Shown piece by piece: positions 1-12,985 of a stretch of DNA of 64,000 nucleotides. The notes beneath the pieces are model-generated. The model did no database searches. It was not told the DNA's origin and saw only the letters and a program-made list of their open reading frames with translations. The stretch is taken from positions 62,001 to 126,000 of the forward strand of contig JAKIMF020000005.1 in the NCBI GenBank assembly GCA_022605425.2, given 5' to 3'. Source of the stretch: Hamiltosporidium tvaerminnensis FI-OER-3-3 (taxonomy: Eukaryota > Fungi > Microsporidia). Each line of letters opens with the position of its first letter. Position 1 is the first letter of the stretch. The position numbers and the translations under genes are program-made.

Positions 1-2653
1 AATAAAATCTATCTTTAAAAATTTATAATACCTAAATAAAATGTTTTTATCTTTGTCTCTAGTAAATAATACAAACACACATAGAGGAATCTAATACAAA
101 GAAGTAATAATCTATTAATTCGACTTTATATATTTCATTTGCAAAATCCAAATTTATAGGATTCTTCAAAACATTCAAATGCTTATAAAGTCTGTAAATT
201 TTTTTAGTTTTCTTAAATACTGCGAGGTACAAAAGGCCGTAATATATAAGCTTTTTTGGTTTCTGAACAAAAATTTGGTCTTATAAATAATAGGATTCGT
301 TTCTCATCGATGTTTATTTTTACTGAATTCACATTTTTATAAATAATAGAATGTTTTTGATTTGCTTCATTTAAACTCCTAGAAGCCTTAGCATACTTCC
401 TATTCTAATGAATCACTAAAAATTCAATTGGTATTATTCGAACTTTCATTTAAGAAAACTTTCAAGAGAATGTACATAACGAAAAAGATTCGGGTTGGGC
501 TGGTATTAACTATCATTTCCTTGATCTAGATTTTCGATCATTTTTAATTGATTCGTCTTGGAATTTTACTTTGTTTATATGCTTATTAAATTTTAATATT
601 TCTTATTTTTTTTAAATTCGAGATTTTGGAATTTCTGTATCTGTTTGATAAGTATATTCTTTTTAGATTATCCATTTTTTAGATTTATGGCCCTCTAAAT
701 TCAAATTTTCGTCTGCATTGATCAAATATTTTTTTAATATTTTCTCAGATAGAAATTAAATAAGAAGGCTTGTTTTAATGTATAAAACTGAAATATTTAA
801 GCCTAGAAATTACTTAAGAATTAATCAAATATGTTTAAATATGTAGTATATAACGCATTTTTAAGCACCAAAAAAATTGTTGTACAGATCTATTGAATAG
901 TGAAATTTAAAAGTTTATTCGAACTGGAGCATAATGTTCTGTTTTATAATTTTTAAAAAATAAAACAGTTGAATCGACAATTGCTTTACGAAAAGAGCAC
1001 TTTCTGAAACTCCAGCAAATAATATCAAATCCATCAACTATTATTAATCTCTTTCCTAACTAAGGAACAAGCAAAACGGATATAGCTAGATATTATATGA
1101 AATATTTTATTGCAAGAAAACTTCTGAATTAAAAATCAAGTGTTTTTTTGACATTCTGCAGTATGACACATGAAACTGTTACATACAATCAAACTAATAA
1201 ATTTCATAACCCTTTGTTTAATATAAACGAAATCTGCGTCAAAAGATTCTGAAGAAGTCAAAAAAAATTCTGATTACATTAAAATAGAAAGTATTATTTA
1301 CTCTACAATATATGTTATACTATGGAAAGTTTCTTGTGAAAAATATTAAAAAAATAGCGTAAAAACATTGAATATACAGGAAGAATATTCGACCAATATA
1401 TAAATGAGAAAATAATAGAATTTTATATTTTTAGATTAAATTAACTTATTTTTAATAAACTTATCATAAATATGTTGGTTAACTTTCGAATATTTATGTT
1501 CTTTTTGATTTTTTAATTGCATTCTAATACTTCTTACGTAAATATGCAAAATAATTCAATCTCTAGATATATAACGCATATTATGTACGATTGAGACTTG
1601 TTTGTTGCTATTGTAGCTTAATACTCACATTTTGGACCAAATCAAACAAAAATAAAAATATCGTTTTAGTTTTATATTTTAAAATTATTTTAATACCAAA
1701 TATAACAAGAAATTATTAAAAAAATGTTTCATATTTTGTTATTTTATGGTAAAATAATTTATTACAAAAAATATCTTTTTTATTAAAAAAAATGTGTATT
1801 TTCGTGATATATTTTTTTAACAGAATCAAATCGTTTACGTCTTATAATAAGCCATAATGCAAGAAAAAAAATATTGAATAATTTCAATCTTTATTTATAT
1901 ATACATAATATTTATCAAATTCTTGAGAAAATATTCTTCTGCATTTAAGATCCAATAAAAAAAAAGTAAAAATTAACCAAATAAAATATTGATTAACCCC
2001 TTTTAAATAAAAAAATTATATTTTTGTTAAATTATAAAATGATTAATCATTTGATTCAATAATTATATTATCAGCTCTAAATAAATCATGATATTGCAAT
2101 TATATAAGCTAAATCAAGAGATTTTGAATCCGTTGAAACAATCGTAAATTTTTTTTTCTAATTTATTTTTATAGTTGTTCGTATAATTTTTGAGTTCACA
2201 AGAAATAATTTTTTAAATAAAGCTGTAAGTTTCATTTTTTAAAATTACAAATATTTGTATAAAATCAAAGATTTGAAAGTTTTAACAAAACCAGGAAAAA
2301 TCTATCCTTCGTTTATAAAACTACCAAAAAAAACTTTCTATTTTATATTTTTATGATTAAATAATTTCTAAAAATTTTACGATGAAAAGATATTTGTATG
2401 TTTAATACTGTTTGTTTGAACAAATAAAACCATGATAATTTGTTACAATATTTTTATTGATCAAATGAGATGAAAATCAGATTACAAATTTACCAAAAAA
2501 CTTTAGTTGATCAAAATTTTATAAAAGACCAATAAAAAGACGAAAATTGTTTGAAAAAAAAATGTTATTCTATTTTTAGTAAATTATTTGAAAAAAAGAT
2601 TTACTATTTTTAGACAAATTATCAAATATATAAGTTGAAAATATAATATCCCC

Positions 2654-4369
2654 ATGAATTTTTTTATTTTTATTTGTAAAATAATAAATGCATCTGAATT
2701 TGAATATAAACTTAATTTAGATGATTCTTTATCTTTAGATTACAATTATTTTGAAATATCGCATGAATTCAAAGCCGATGATCAAGTGAAAAAATGTTTT
2801 GATAAGTTAGAACTCGATATTGAAGGCAAAAGGAAAGAAAAAATGGTTAAAATAACAAGCTTTTATTATAAAAAAATACAAGAATATACAAACAATCAAT
2901 CAGATACATTCTTAGCTTATTTTACAACTTGGATTTGTTACTTGCTATATCGTAATACTCGAGTTGATATAAAAAGATATAGACCAGAATTTTTGTTTAA
3001 TCTGATTCGTTTTAAGAAATTTTTTGATTTTTGCAAAGAAGATAAAGACATGATATCGAATATTGAAGATATTCTTTTAAAACTCACAACATATAGATTA
3101 CAAGGAAAGAATGATAATTACGATGAGTGGTGGAAACAGAATTATGATTCATTAAAAGAAAAATACCCTGAAATATGTACGAATATCGAAAATAGCTCAA
3201 ACCGAGATAATAAAATAGATATAGCTGCGCTAGAGAATATTGTTTTGGAAAGAAATTTCTACGTTACATATGCTTTGATATTTGGCATAAATCTAATTTA
3301 TGCAACGCATGAATATCATTTCGTTTTTTTCTTAAGTCTAAAGTGTATGTTTCTTTCGGGCAAAAAAAATGGAATCGTCAGACTGGGATCTTTAATCAAA
3401 AAAGAGATAACCACTGAATCTGACTTTTACAAAATTTTTGAACCAGCTACCTCGTATATAGATAAATGTTTTAAGAATATAGATTTTGAATCTTATAAAA
3501 AAATCACGGAATATATTTCTGAGCCGATTTTCAGAAAAATTTTGAAAGTGAAGGAGGAAGGGTTTGAAAAAATATACGAATTCAGTGGCAAGAAAGATCT
3601 ATTTAATATTGAACCGGATGATTCGAACAGATCTTTAGAAGTAATTAAATATATTGTAGAAAGAGACGAGATCAACTATATAAATGCTTTATACGTTTTT
3701 TTGAAAACCATTTCTAAAACAGAATACCATGAATATATATCAGCAGTACTTTGTTTGAAGGCATTTTGTTTTAAAGAAATAGTTACATGCAAACAAACAA
3801 TGCTCCGAAGCATTGTTGAAATTTTATTTCTCGCAGATGTTTTGAAGATAGAATTTGAAAATGGAAATAAAAATACTTCTGCTATAAATACACATAGAGC
3901 CCAATTTATAGGATTTATTAAAAAGTATCTTGATGAAAAGTGCATAGAATACGATAAAAACTTGGTCTTAAATACTTTTAATCATTTTTTGTTACCTCGA
4001 ACATCCAGTATATTGAAAACTTTTATTTCTGTAGAGTTATTTACTAATTCCATTTGGAAAGACAATTATAACAAAGAATTGAAAGAACATTTAACGAAGA
4101 ACAAAAATAATGCCGATGTGAAACTTTTAGATAATGAAGAAAATATCTTTTTAGATTGTTTTGAACAAGAATTTTCAAGGCTTAGCCCCGAAGAGAGAAA
4201 AAAGATTTTTACAGTGCCGGCTATCCAAACTCCCAATTCCAATAGCAGAAATGACGCGAAAGAATTCGGTATTAAAGATTTTTTGCTGTTTGTTTTAATC
4301 CCAATTGTTCTTTTTGGGGGTGTTCTTTTGGGCGCATATTGGTATATTTACAAAAAAAAGGTAAAATAA
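2654..4369 (+). CDS. Hypothetical type I membrane protein, 571 aa
   Basis: Long intact ORF; CCCC immediately before the ATG; short hydrophobic N-terminus; C-terminal TM segment (FLLFVLIPIVLFGGVLLGAYWYIY) followed by KKKVK. No family recognised. Confidence 0.85.
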   Translation: MNFFIFICKIINASEFEYKLNLDDSLSLDYNYFEISHEFKADDQVKKCFDKLELDIEGKRKEKMVKITSFYYKKIQEYTNNQSDTFLAYFTTWICYLLYRNTRVDIKRYRPEFLFNLIRFKKFFDFCKEDKDMISNIEDILLKLTTYRLQGKNDNYDEWWKQNYDSLKEKYPEICTNIENSSNRDNKIDIAALENIVLERNFYVTYALIFGINLIYATHEYHFVFFLSLKCMFLSGKKNGIVRLGSLIKKEITTESDFYKIFEPATSYIDKCFKNIDFESYKKITEYISEPIFRKILKVKEEGFEKIYEFSGKKDLFNIEPDDSNRSLEVIKYIVERDEINYINALYVFLKTISKTEYHEYISAVLCLKAFCFKEIVTCKQTMLRSIVEILFLADVLKIEFENGNKNTSAINTHRAQFIGFIKKYLDEKCIEYDKNLVLNTFNHFLLPRTSSILKTFISVELFTNSIWKDNYNKELKEHLTKNKNNADVKLLDNEENIFLDCFEQEFSRLSPEERKKIFTVPAIQTPNSNSRNDAKEFGIKDFLLFVLIPIVLFGGVLLGAYWYIYKKKVK

Positions 4370-5032
4370 AGATATTTTATTTGAATTTTTTTCATTTCTT
4401 GCATTATTGCGATTTTTAAAAAAAAACTTCGAAATTCTCTGTAATAAATTGTAAATTTATTAGGCAAAAAATATATTTACATAACTTACAATGTATAAGG
4501 AATTAATAAATTGTTTACTTACGTGTTATTTTTACCTCAAAAAATCTATTTCTGAAATTGTTTTAAATATTAAATTATTTTTGCTTTTCGATATCAGTAT
4601 GCCTGTGATTTTACACTTTCCAATAGTGAGTGTTCGGCATTGCTGATTGCACTCAAACATATCTGCAATCTTTTATTAATAAAATATTCAAAGTTTATTA
4701 AAATATTTATATTGAATAAATATTAAAATTTATGTTAATACTTAGTTCCTTCTTTAGAATTTTAACTCAATATGAAATGTCTTTGTTTGTCAATCAATGT
4801 TCTTATTAAATAGTATTATTTCAAGAAATAAACATAATTTAAAAGTCATCAATTTATATTTATAATATTCTGAATAAATAGAAATATTTAGTATTCTTTT
4901 TTTGATAGTTTTTTTATTTAAAAATTTTTTGTAGATTTGTAAATTATATCTTTAATAATTACAACCGTGATCCTACATATGATTTTTATACTTATTAAAT
5001 ATTAGCTCTTATATATAGTTTACCAAATATTT

Positions 5033-5062
5033 TTGATTTTTTATATTAATATAAAAAATCAA
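5033..5062. repeat. Perfect 30-bp AT-rich palindrome
   Basis: TTGATTTTTTATATTAATATAAAAAATCAA is its own reverse complement. Confidence 0.85.
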
Positions 5063-5599
5063 CGTTGATAATACAGATTTAAAAGGCTTTTTATAATATA
5101 ATTTATCATTCCTTTACTTTGTTTTACTTTCCAATCTTGTTTTTTATATATTTTATTTTTTATTATATAAATTTCTTGTGAGTTTAAACAAAATTTTAGA
5201 TAGGATATATGTTAGTTAGGTTAACCGCGATATTATATTATTTGCTAAAAAGTACAAAACACCCTTAAAAAAATTAATATAGGGTATAAATCATGTAAAA
5301 CTTGTATTATTAAACAGTAGGAATAGGGATATCTTGATAGAAGTATTTACATTTAAGAAACCTATGTTCTTTACAAAATAATACTTGGATTTAATAACTA
5401 TAATTTGTATTTTTTTCTTGGTAGTAATTGGTTTCAATTAGATCTCAACGTATGATGAGGTGAAAAATTTCTCTATATTCTCCGTTGTGTTATTGCGTAG
5501 AAATTTAATTCAATATTGTTTTATGGTTTATCTACACCTTTGAACAAACTCTTTAGGTTTGAAATTATATTTTAAAGTCCTCTTTGTAGTAATTAATTT

Positions 5600-6520
5600 A
5601 TTTGAGCAGAGTTTATAAATTTTCTTTCTTTTAAATTATTGCTTCACCGGATTCCTTCAAATCAGACTCTTCATTTACATTAATTGTCGGTTCCATGCTG
5701 CGCTTACTTCTTCTAAAATAAGAGATAATATATTTTTATTTACTTGTTTAACACCATAATCCTGTTTATTTACTTGCTATAAATGGGGTGTTGGTTGTTT
5801 ATGCACCTTGGCTCTTTAACTCATACATTTGGCGTTCTATCTCAGTTCTTTTCGCATTTGTTTATAACATAAATACCCTTTGCGATTAAAAGAATGCCTT
5901 CCAATTGTCAAATTTAGTACTATCGAAAGGATGTATGTCTTATTATGCATGGGTATTTGTCGTCTTTTAAGATGCGTCTTATGGTATTTCGGTACCATAC
6001 CCTCTCGGGTCAAAAATTGGCGAACATTCTCCAAAAAACAATTATAAATAACACCAATTCATCGACTTTGAATCAAACGCCCTAGGTTTCTATTTTTAAT
6101 CTAATTAAACGAATTTTTCAATAATTCCTATTTGAAAAAGTTTATCTTATTCTGACACTTCTTCCAAATAAATATATCTGGCTTATTATTCTGAATTTCG
6201 ACATCGACTTTTATTCGGGTGTCTACTTTTATCTTTCATACTCATTTTCAATATTTTTTTGAACCGTGAGACTTCTAATTCGTTTTGAACTTTTAAATTT
6301 TTATCTGTTTGGTAAGAGTAAACGTATGCGTCATATACCTTCTGTGTAGTCTAGTATAGCATGACCGGGTTTTTTATACCTCTATTGCTATATGGTCTAC
6401 TATTTTCCTAGGCGTTTGCTCTGTTGAAACCCACCTTCTGCTCTTTTAAAAATTTTTATCTTGAATATAAGACAAACAAAGTAAATTCATTTGAGAAATG
6501 AATTATAAAATATTAATTTT
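5600..6520 (-). mobile_element. Degenerate 5'-truncated RLE non-LTR retrotransposon copy R1
   Basis: Reverse strand gives fragments such as YIQDKNF, KIVDHIA and KYHKTHLKRRQIPM, matching the ORF at 24283-25122; many frameshifts; boundaries approximate. Confidence 0.8.
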
Positions 6521-6620
6521 TTTTGGTTTATTTTATTGCCTTATCTTATTTTTTCTAGGGTTTTTGCAGTTCCTTCATATATGACGTTTTTTCAACAATA
6601 ATCTTAAAAAATAAATTGAA

Positions 6621-6870
6621 CTATCGGTGATAAATTTCTCCACCATGTCGGAAGAAAATTTGGTTTTGGGAATTCTCCGTTTGTGTAAGAGACGGCTAAA
6701 AAGGAGTGGTCGTCCAGAGTGGGGTTTGGGTCTGGAGCTAACAACGCACTCTTTAAAACCACCTTGTTACAAAACACAAAAAAGTAAACGAACCCAACGG
6801 AAAAAGACCGATAGGCGATATTACCGAGGGAGACCAAGCATCATGCGGGCCTTTGTTTTCGAGGATGAAT
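6621..6870. ncRNA. Candidate structured RNA (GC-richer island), identity unknown
   Basis: Nested helices: CTATCGGT/ACCGATAG, TGGTTTT/AAAACCA, AAGGAGTG/CACTCTTT, TCCAGA/TCTGGA, CCGTTT/AGACGG. The overlapping short ORFs are unconvincing. Confidence 0.35.
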
Positions 6871-9800
6871 GAATCAATAAGGTTAAATCAAAATTTAAAA
6901 AGAATTTTTTGGAATAATTTTTTCAGGAAAAGCTAGGATCCATAATAAAAGTAGATTTTTTACTGTAGGATGTTTGATCTAATTTTTATTTTGATATAGA
7001 TATATGATACAGCTTAGTGATGTCGGAACTGCTTATTATACTTTTTTCGAGTATTAAAACAAATAAACAAGCAAAAAGGCAATATTGGACCATGATTAGT
7101 TATATTGGATATAATTATCCTTTATTCTACTATTATGGGATATATTTTCGATAATATTATGGCTTAAATTTAATATTAGACTTTAAAAAACTACAATAAA
7201 ATTACATAAAATATTTTTTTAGTCAGCTTATAGAAAAGACTATTAGTTTAAAATCGACGAGAATTTTCATTTTAAAAAATCCTCGGATGAGATTGAGCAA
7301 AACAATATGAAATGCATTGTGAAAAGAGATAAGTAATATTTGTTGCGGATTTTAAATAGAAATTTTAAATTAAAAAAATTCTTATTCCGAACAAAAAACC
7401 CAAAATGATGGTTTTTTTAATGAAACATCAAATTTTAATTTAAATTATAGATCGAACTTTGACATAGAATGATTTAAACCAACCAAAAATTTTATGCAAA
7501 CTAATACAGTTTTTATTAATTTCGATTCTGATTTGTTTACCCTTTGCCGTAGTTAAATATCTTGGTTGAAATATGATATAATTCAATTGATTGCCTTTGA
7601 ATTCTGTTTTGAGAGCTATTATTTTTTTCTAAAGATTATCTGCTCCTCTAACACTTCTTCTCTTTACTACTACTACTAATAATTGCGCTACAGCTCTTAA
7701 AGAGCCCGGTCTTCCTTAACGAGTTTTCTAATCTATATTATTTTGTTTCGGTTTTGTAAAAATATTGTTTTATGCGATAGGAGTATTTTCCTTATGCACA
7801 ATCCTACACGTTTATCTGGGCTTAGCGACCAGCAGAGCAGTATTAATCGTATATTTTGTGAGTTATTCTTGCCTATATATCCTATTTGTTTTTTTTCTTT
7901 TTTATCAGATTTTTGTCAGCAGCTATATCATTCAAAATCAGTGGTATTTTAATATAACCATCTGCTCATTACATTCTTTGTTCCCAATATATAGTGTAAG
8001 AATTAGAATAAGTTATGACGCCATTCCGCTTCCTGAATGTTAACGGCAGTGGGCTTTCCATTTTTTAATAGCATTTGGTTCTGACTCAAGTTTATGTTAT
8101 CAATTGGAAGAAGTTCGTTCGGCTGTCTTATGAACCTTAGAGATTATTAAGCTTGATAGTCGAGAATTTTGTAGGTCATTGTGATATTTTCATGGTAGTT
8201 ACAGTGGAAATACTTTACGGACTATTGCGTATATGAGATTTCTTTGATACTAAACTTATAAATAACGTTAACCCTTTAGTTATAGCCTACGAAAACCATG
8301 GGTTATAACAAAAGGTTGAAGCGAATTCGGTGAAGAGATTAAAACCAAATTTAGTGCACTATTATTTAATATGTTGTAAAATAGAAATATATGATTTACC
8401 TTTTCGAATATAAAATTACTTATGTGTTCTACTTACCTTTTAACGGCGCGTGCATTTTTTAAAGAATTTATTAGATGAATGATAATTTGGTAATAAAGAA
8501 TATAGATTATATTTATTGTCTAGGTGTATTTATACACTGGTGCATTGTATTACGAAGCCATAATAGTCAATGCTGATCTTTAGTTTGACAATCCAAAGTA
8601 GTTTTCTAGGAATTTTACAATATTGAAACTTTACTCATCGTGGATTTAGCTTATATTTTTTAAACAAAAAAGAAGGTTTAAGCAGTTAAAATCACAATCT
8701 TTCTGCCGTAAAACTCGGTATAGAAATATATATTTTTTGTTGGATCATATGAATTTTCTTAGAGTTGTTTCCTTCAAATTTCTCTGATGATTTATTTTTA
8801 TACGATATACCATAATTAGAATTTAAATTAATTGGTGTAATTCGGTATTTTTTAATTTTCAAAAATTCTGATTTGCAGCTTGATATTTATTATTTTATTT
8901 TAGAACAATCATAAATGGGCAAAGGCATATGTTCGTTTCCTGACTCAAAACCATTTAAAGCCTCATGCGAGTATCTCTAATCAAGTAAAAACCCTACTTG
9001 CATTTCGTGCTGAAATATACCTCATTATTTTAACCACACTAGCAACTGCTGTATGAAACTCAATTAAATTAGTCGGTTCAGGCTGAAGAACTTCCAAGTT
9101 AGTAAACTATGATGTCTCGGGTCAGTAAATTGCATGTAAAAAATTTATTGCTTATAATTTAGTGTGACTAAGCTTGTCTATTTTAAGTATTATCTTGTTT
9201 TTAACTTATATAAATGCAATTCATATGGGTTCCTTTGTTATCCTGTAAAACTCGAGTGTGGTGTAAACAAAGCTCAAATAAAAACGTTATTAATCTATAA
9301 CTAATATGATTTTTTACGAATTGTAAAGTCTTTTCTTTAAGACTGTTTACGACAAAAAATGATTGTACACCGTTTATAATAAATTTAAGAAACTCATTGA
9401 TGAATGTACTTTGAATACTCAAATAATAAGAATATATTGTGAATTTTGACTTCTTTATGCATTACGGCTTCTTTTGTGTCTTTTTTGAAGTCTTGAGATA
9501 CAAGAACTTTAAAAATAATTATTAAAGTCAAAATAATTGCGTCGAAAATCGCCAAATCGATTGAAACGTTACAGAAATTATGCTGATTTACTCTAAATGA
9601 TACATATTAAATTTGTGTAAAAAATATCTTTCTTTGTGCTGTATTTGTTTATTATAATAAATATCCGGAAGTATTTCTAAGTGAAAATAATCATTAAGGA
9701 AAACGAATTGTCTTAAGAAGGCATCAATATTGAGAAATATTCTGGGATATAAAATTTTTTACCTGATAAATAGTATAATTTCAGATATTTTTTTATAAAT

Positions 9801-10613
9801 GAAAGAATAAATAATACACAGGAAGCTGCAAATCACAAAAAGCCATTTAATATTTTTTCTAATTTATACGAAAATTAGCATTTGATAAATTTTTTCTATT
9901 AATAGAAAAAACAATCAAGCCAATTTTAATTACATGTTAAGGTACTATAGTAATATCTCTGGTAGAATAACATGGAAAGTATACTTTACAAATGCAAAAA
10001 TGTATATTATTAAGGTTCAAATATTACTAAGAATTAAGCCAAAGATTGATTAATAATAGTTTGAATAAAGAGCACGTTCTTTTTATTTCACTCGCCAAAA
10101 AAAACAGTAGCTAATATTTTATTCTAATGAGACATATGGAGCCTCTGTGAGAGTATAGAGAAAACAGAGAGATGCATTTAATTTTTACTTTCTTTGAATA
10201 ACTTTTTCTGTAAAAAAAGGCTATTTGCAAACAAAGATTCTATTGCTGAAATATAAATTTAAGATACAACACAGACGAAGATCAAATATATAATTTTAAA
10301 ATAGCATCTGTATATGGAAGAATATAATTTGCTAAAGTAGACCTGAAAATACGTCAAAAAAGACGAATTGACTTTATTAGGTATTTATATCAATTAAAAT
10401 CAATAATTTTATTTATTTTTTTTTAACATAGTTTAATCTATGTAGTTTGTAAAAAAATATTGAAATAAAATAATTTACAAAACAAGAAAAAAAATTTAAA
10501 TCCGTGGCTTTCCAGCAAATTAATTTAAAATAGAACAATTCATACATTTGTAATATCTTTATTTTTTTGATTTCTAATCAGTATTCGTATACCAGGTTTC
10601 ATTTTTTCACACT

Positions 10614-11246
10614 TTACTTTGAAGTAACTACTTCCTTGCTTTGATCAGCTGCGGGAAGTTCATCTTGGTTTTTGGTGTTCATACCTTTTATCTGGTTATC
10701 TTCTGTAGCAGGATTAAGGGTCTTTTCATCGATATTGAGAATCTCTTTGTTCTCTTCCTTGTCTTCTTCTTTTTTATTATCGTTTTCTTCAGACCTGTCT
10801 TCATCTTCTTCATCTTCATCTTTATTTTCAACTTTATCTTCGTCTATATTTTCATATTTAATTTCATCTTTTATTTCTTCCTTTTCTTCTGGCTTAATAT
10901 CTTCTTCTTTTGGTTCTTCTTTACCGTTTTCCCCCTTACTGTTTCCTTCAAATACTTCTGGTCGACTCAAATTCTGTATGATTATTTGTACTTTCATTGC
11001 TGGTATGTAGTCATTAATATTAAATTTTCCGTTTCTACGGTATTTCTGTGGATATATTATAGGGTTTGGATTGACTTCTACTGGTTCCATCAAACCTGGA
11101 CCATATTTTCTTTGTTTTTCTTTTACCATGAACATATCTGCAATATTGTTAGGATTTCGCAGGAATGAATTGGAACATTGTATATAGCTGAGCGTTATAA
11201 GTAATATCAAACTTTGTATTAAAAAACAGAAATTGTATTTTTTCAT
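10614..11246 (-). CDS. Hypothetical secreted protein with Glu/Asp/Lys-rich C-terminal half, 210 aa
   Basis: ATG start; signal-peptide-like MKKYNFCFLIQSLILLITLSYIQC; low-complexity acidic region. Confidence 0.75.
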   Translation of the reverse strand: MKKYNFCFLIQSLILLITLSYIQCSNSFLRNPNNIADMFMVKEKQRKYGPGLMEPVEVNPNPIIYPQKYRRNGKFNINDYIPAMKVQIIIQNLSRPEVFEGNSKGENGKEEPKEEDIKPEEKEEIKDEIKYENIDEDKVENKDEDEEDEDRSEENDNKKEEDKEENKEILNIDEKTLNPATEDNQIKGMNTKNQDELPAADQSKEVVTSK

Positions 11247-12875
11247 TACTTTGCTTTTTTTTCTTCTTTATATACTTTTAAAAATTCAAAGAACGTTCTT
11301 TAGAATCTAAGTTGGCACATAAACTATGATTTGGTTCGCCAAAATTGTGCTTTTACAATAAATTTGCTCACATTTTATAGCAAATTTTATATCATTTTGT
11401 TCGTTTCAGAATTTTCGCTTTATATTTTTATGAATATTTTTTAGATTTTAAGTTTTAAATTTATTTATACTTTGGTCTAATTTAGTTTTAAAAAGTTTAT
11501 TTTAATGTTTTTATCATTTTTTGCGGAGATTTTTAATACTGAACTTTTTCGAAGAATAATTTGTATTTAGTACTGAATCAAAAGCAGTTGATTTTCTATA
11601 TTATCACACATCCTATTTTTCTTACTATAATTTTTTTTTTTAGGTCTCATTTGCAAGAAACTAAAGAATTCACTAAGACATCTTTGCTTTCTGGTTCAAG
11701 ATCATTTCCTTTTATCTACATTGAATTTTTATTTTATATGATAAAGAAGCAACTCATGCTATTCTAAAAAATTATATAATGCTACATTAGCGTTTTTGAC
11801 TCTTATTGATGTCCAAAGTAAAATAATATTCTGCTAGTGCTATATTAAACACACAGAGGAAGAAGAGAGTAGAATTTTTATTTTGACTTTGTAACTTATT
11901 TTCTTAAAAAATACAATGATAGCTACTTTGGAAATTTTTAAAATCTTACAAAAGAAGAGCATTTTGATATTTAAATCCCGGTTCGATATTTTGGTTTGTT
12001 TAGAAAAGTTTTTTAACCAAATGAGATTTTACAAAGTGGTTAAATATATTTCAAATGATTTTTATATCACTCAAGTATTTATAAAAATATAAAATTTCTT
12101 TAATTTGATTGTTTTTCTTCAATTTGAATAATATTCTCATTAAGAAACCAAACTGTTATATTGTATTACAAAAAACAAATTATAAATTTACAATTACTTG
12201 CAATATTTTTGTATACTAAACTGTTTGACTAATTTATTAGAAAAGTGACTTTAAATTAGAATTAAGTTTCTATGTTTTACAGGAATTCATTCAAAATTTT
12301 AAATCGATCACACAGTTCATTAGAAAGTTTAAATTAACGTATTGAGCCTACAATGTTACAGCCGTCAATTTTGAACTTGCACTATCAAAGCAAATATCAA
12401 TGAATATATACAGAAAGTTTTATATTTTCTCTGTGCAAAATTGTTTAATGGTTTTAATATTTATCAAACACCACAATAATTAAATCTAAATAGAACAAGA
12501 ATATTCTCCTGTTTTTCTCATTTTCAAATGTAAAACCCATTGAAATGCTTGTCAAGCAATAGTTTATGTTAAAATAATTTGTATGAAATATATTGTAGAA
12601 TATTTTTTGAAGAATTTGTTTTTTTATTATAATTGATTCTTTATACATTTTAATTTTGGCTTTTTTATCTGATACGTTGGTTAATCTATTTTATTTATAT
12701 AAGAGTGTTTCTAGACTGTTTTATGATTTTTTTTTGTATTTCTCTCTTTCTTTCTTTCTATATATGTAAGAAAAGTTAAATTATTTTCCTTAAATACTAC
12801 ATTATTCTGTTGGTATAAAAATGTTAAGCATAAAAGAATGTAACAAGAAAGTATTAAGGAATAAGCAAATGTGAA

Positions 12876-12985
12876 GTGGGGAGAGGATAACCTTATTAAA
12901 ACCATCAGGTTGGCAATGTGTGCGTATAATCGGCGTGAAATCTATTTTTGCCATTTTTTGGGATATAAACCGCACTGGATCTATA
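12876..12985 (+). repeat. Divergent 5' fragment of module M (M5)
   Basis: GTGGGGAGAGGATAACC...TTGGCAATGTGTGCGT...GGCGTGAAATC...AAACCGCACT aligns with the first ~110 nt of M1/M3. Confidence 0.6.

Noticed and set aside
7560-9700. Possible decayed coding sequence on the minus strand
   Set aside because: Short open stretches with no recognisable motif; cannot be assigned.
10641-11168. Antisense ORFs (also those over 2654-4369, TyrRS, the LRR gene and RLE copies)
   Set aside because: Shadow frames of real genes, Phe/Ser-rich by complementarity.
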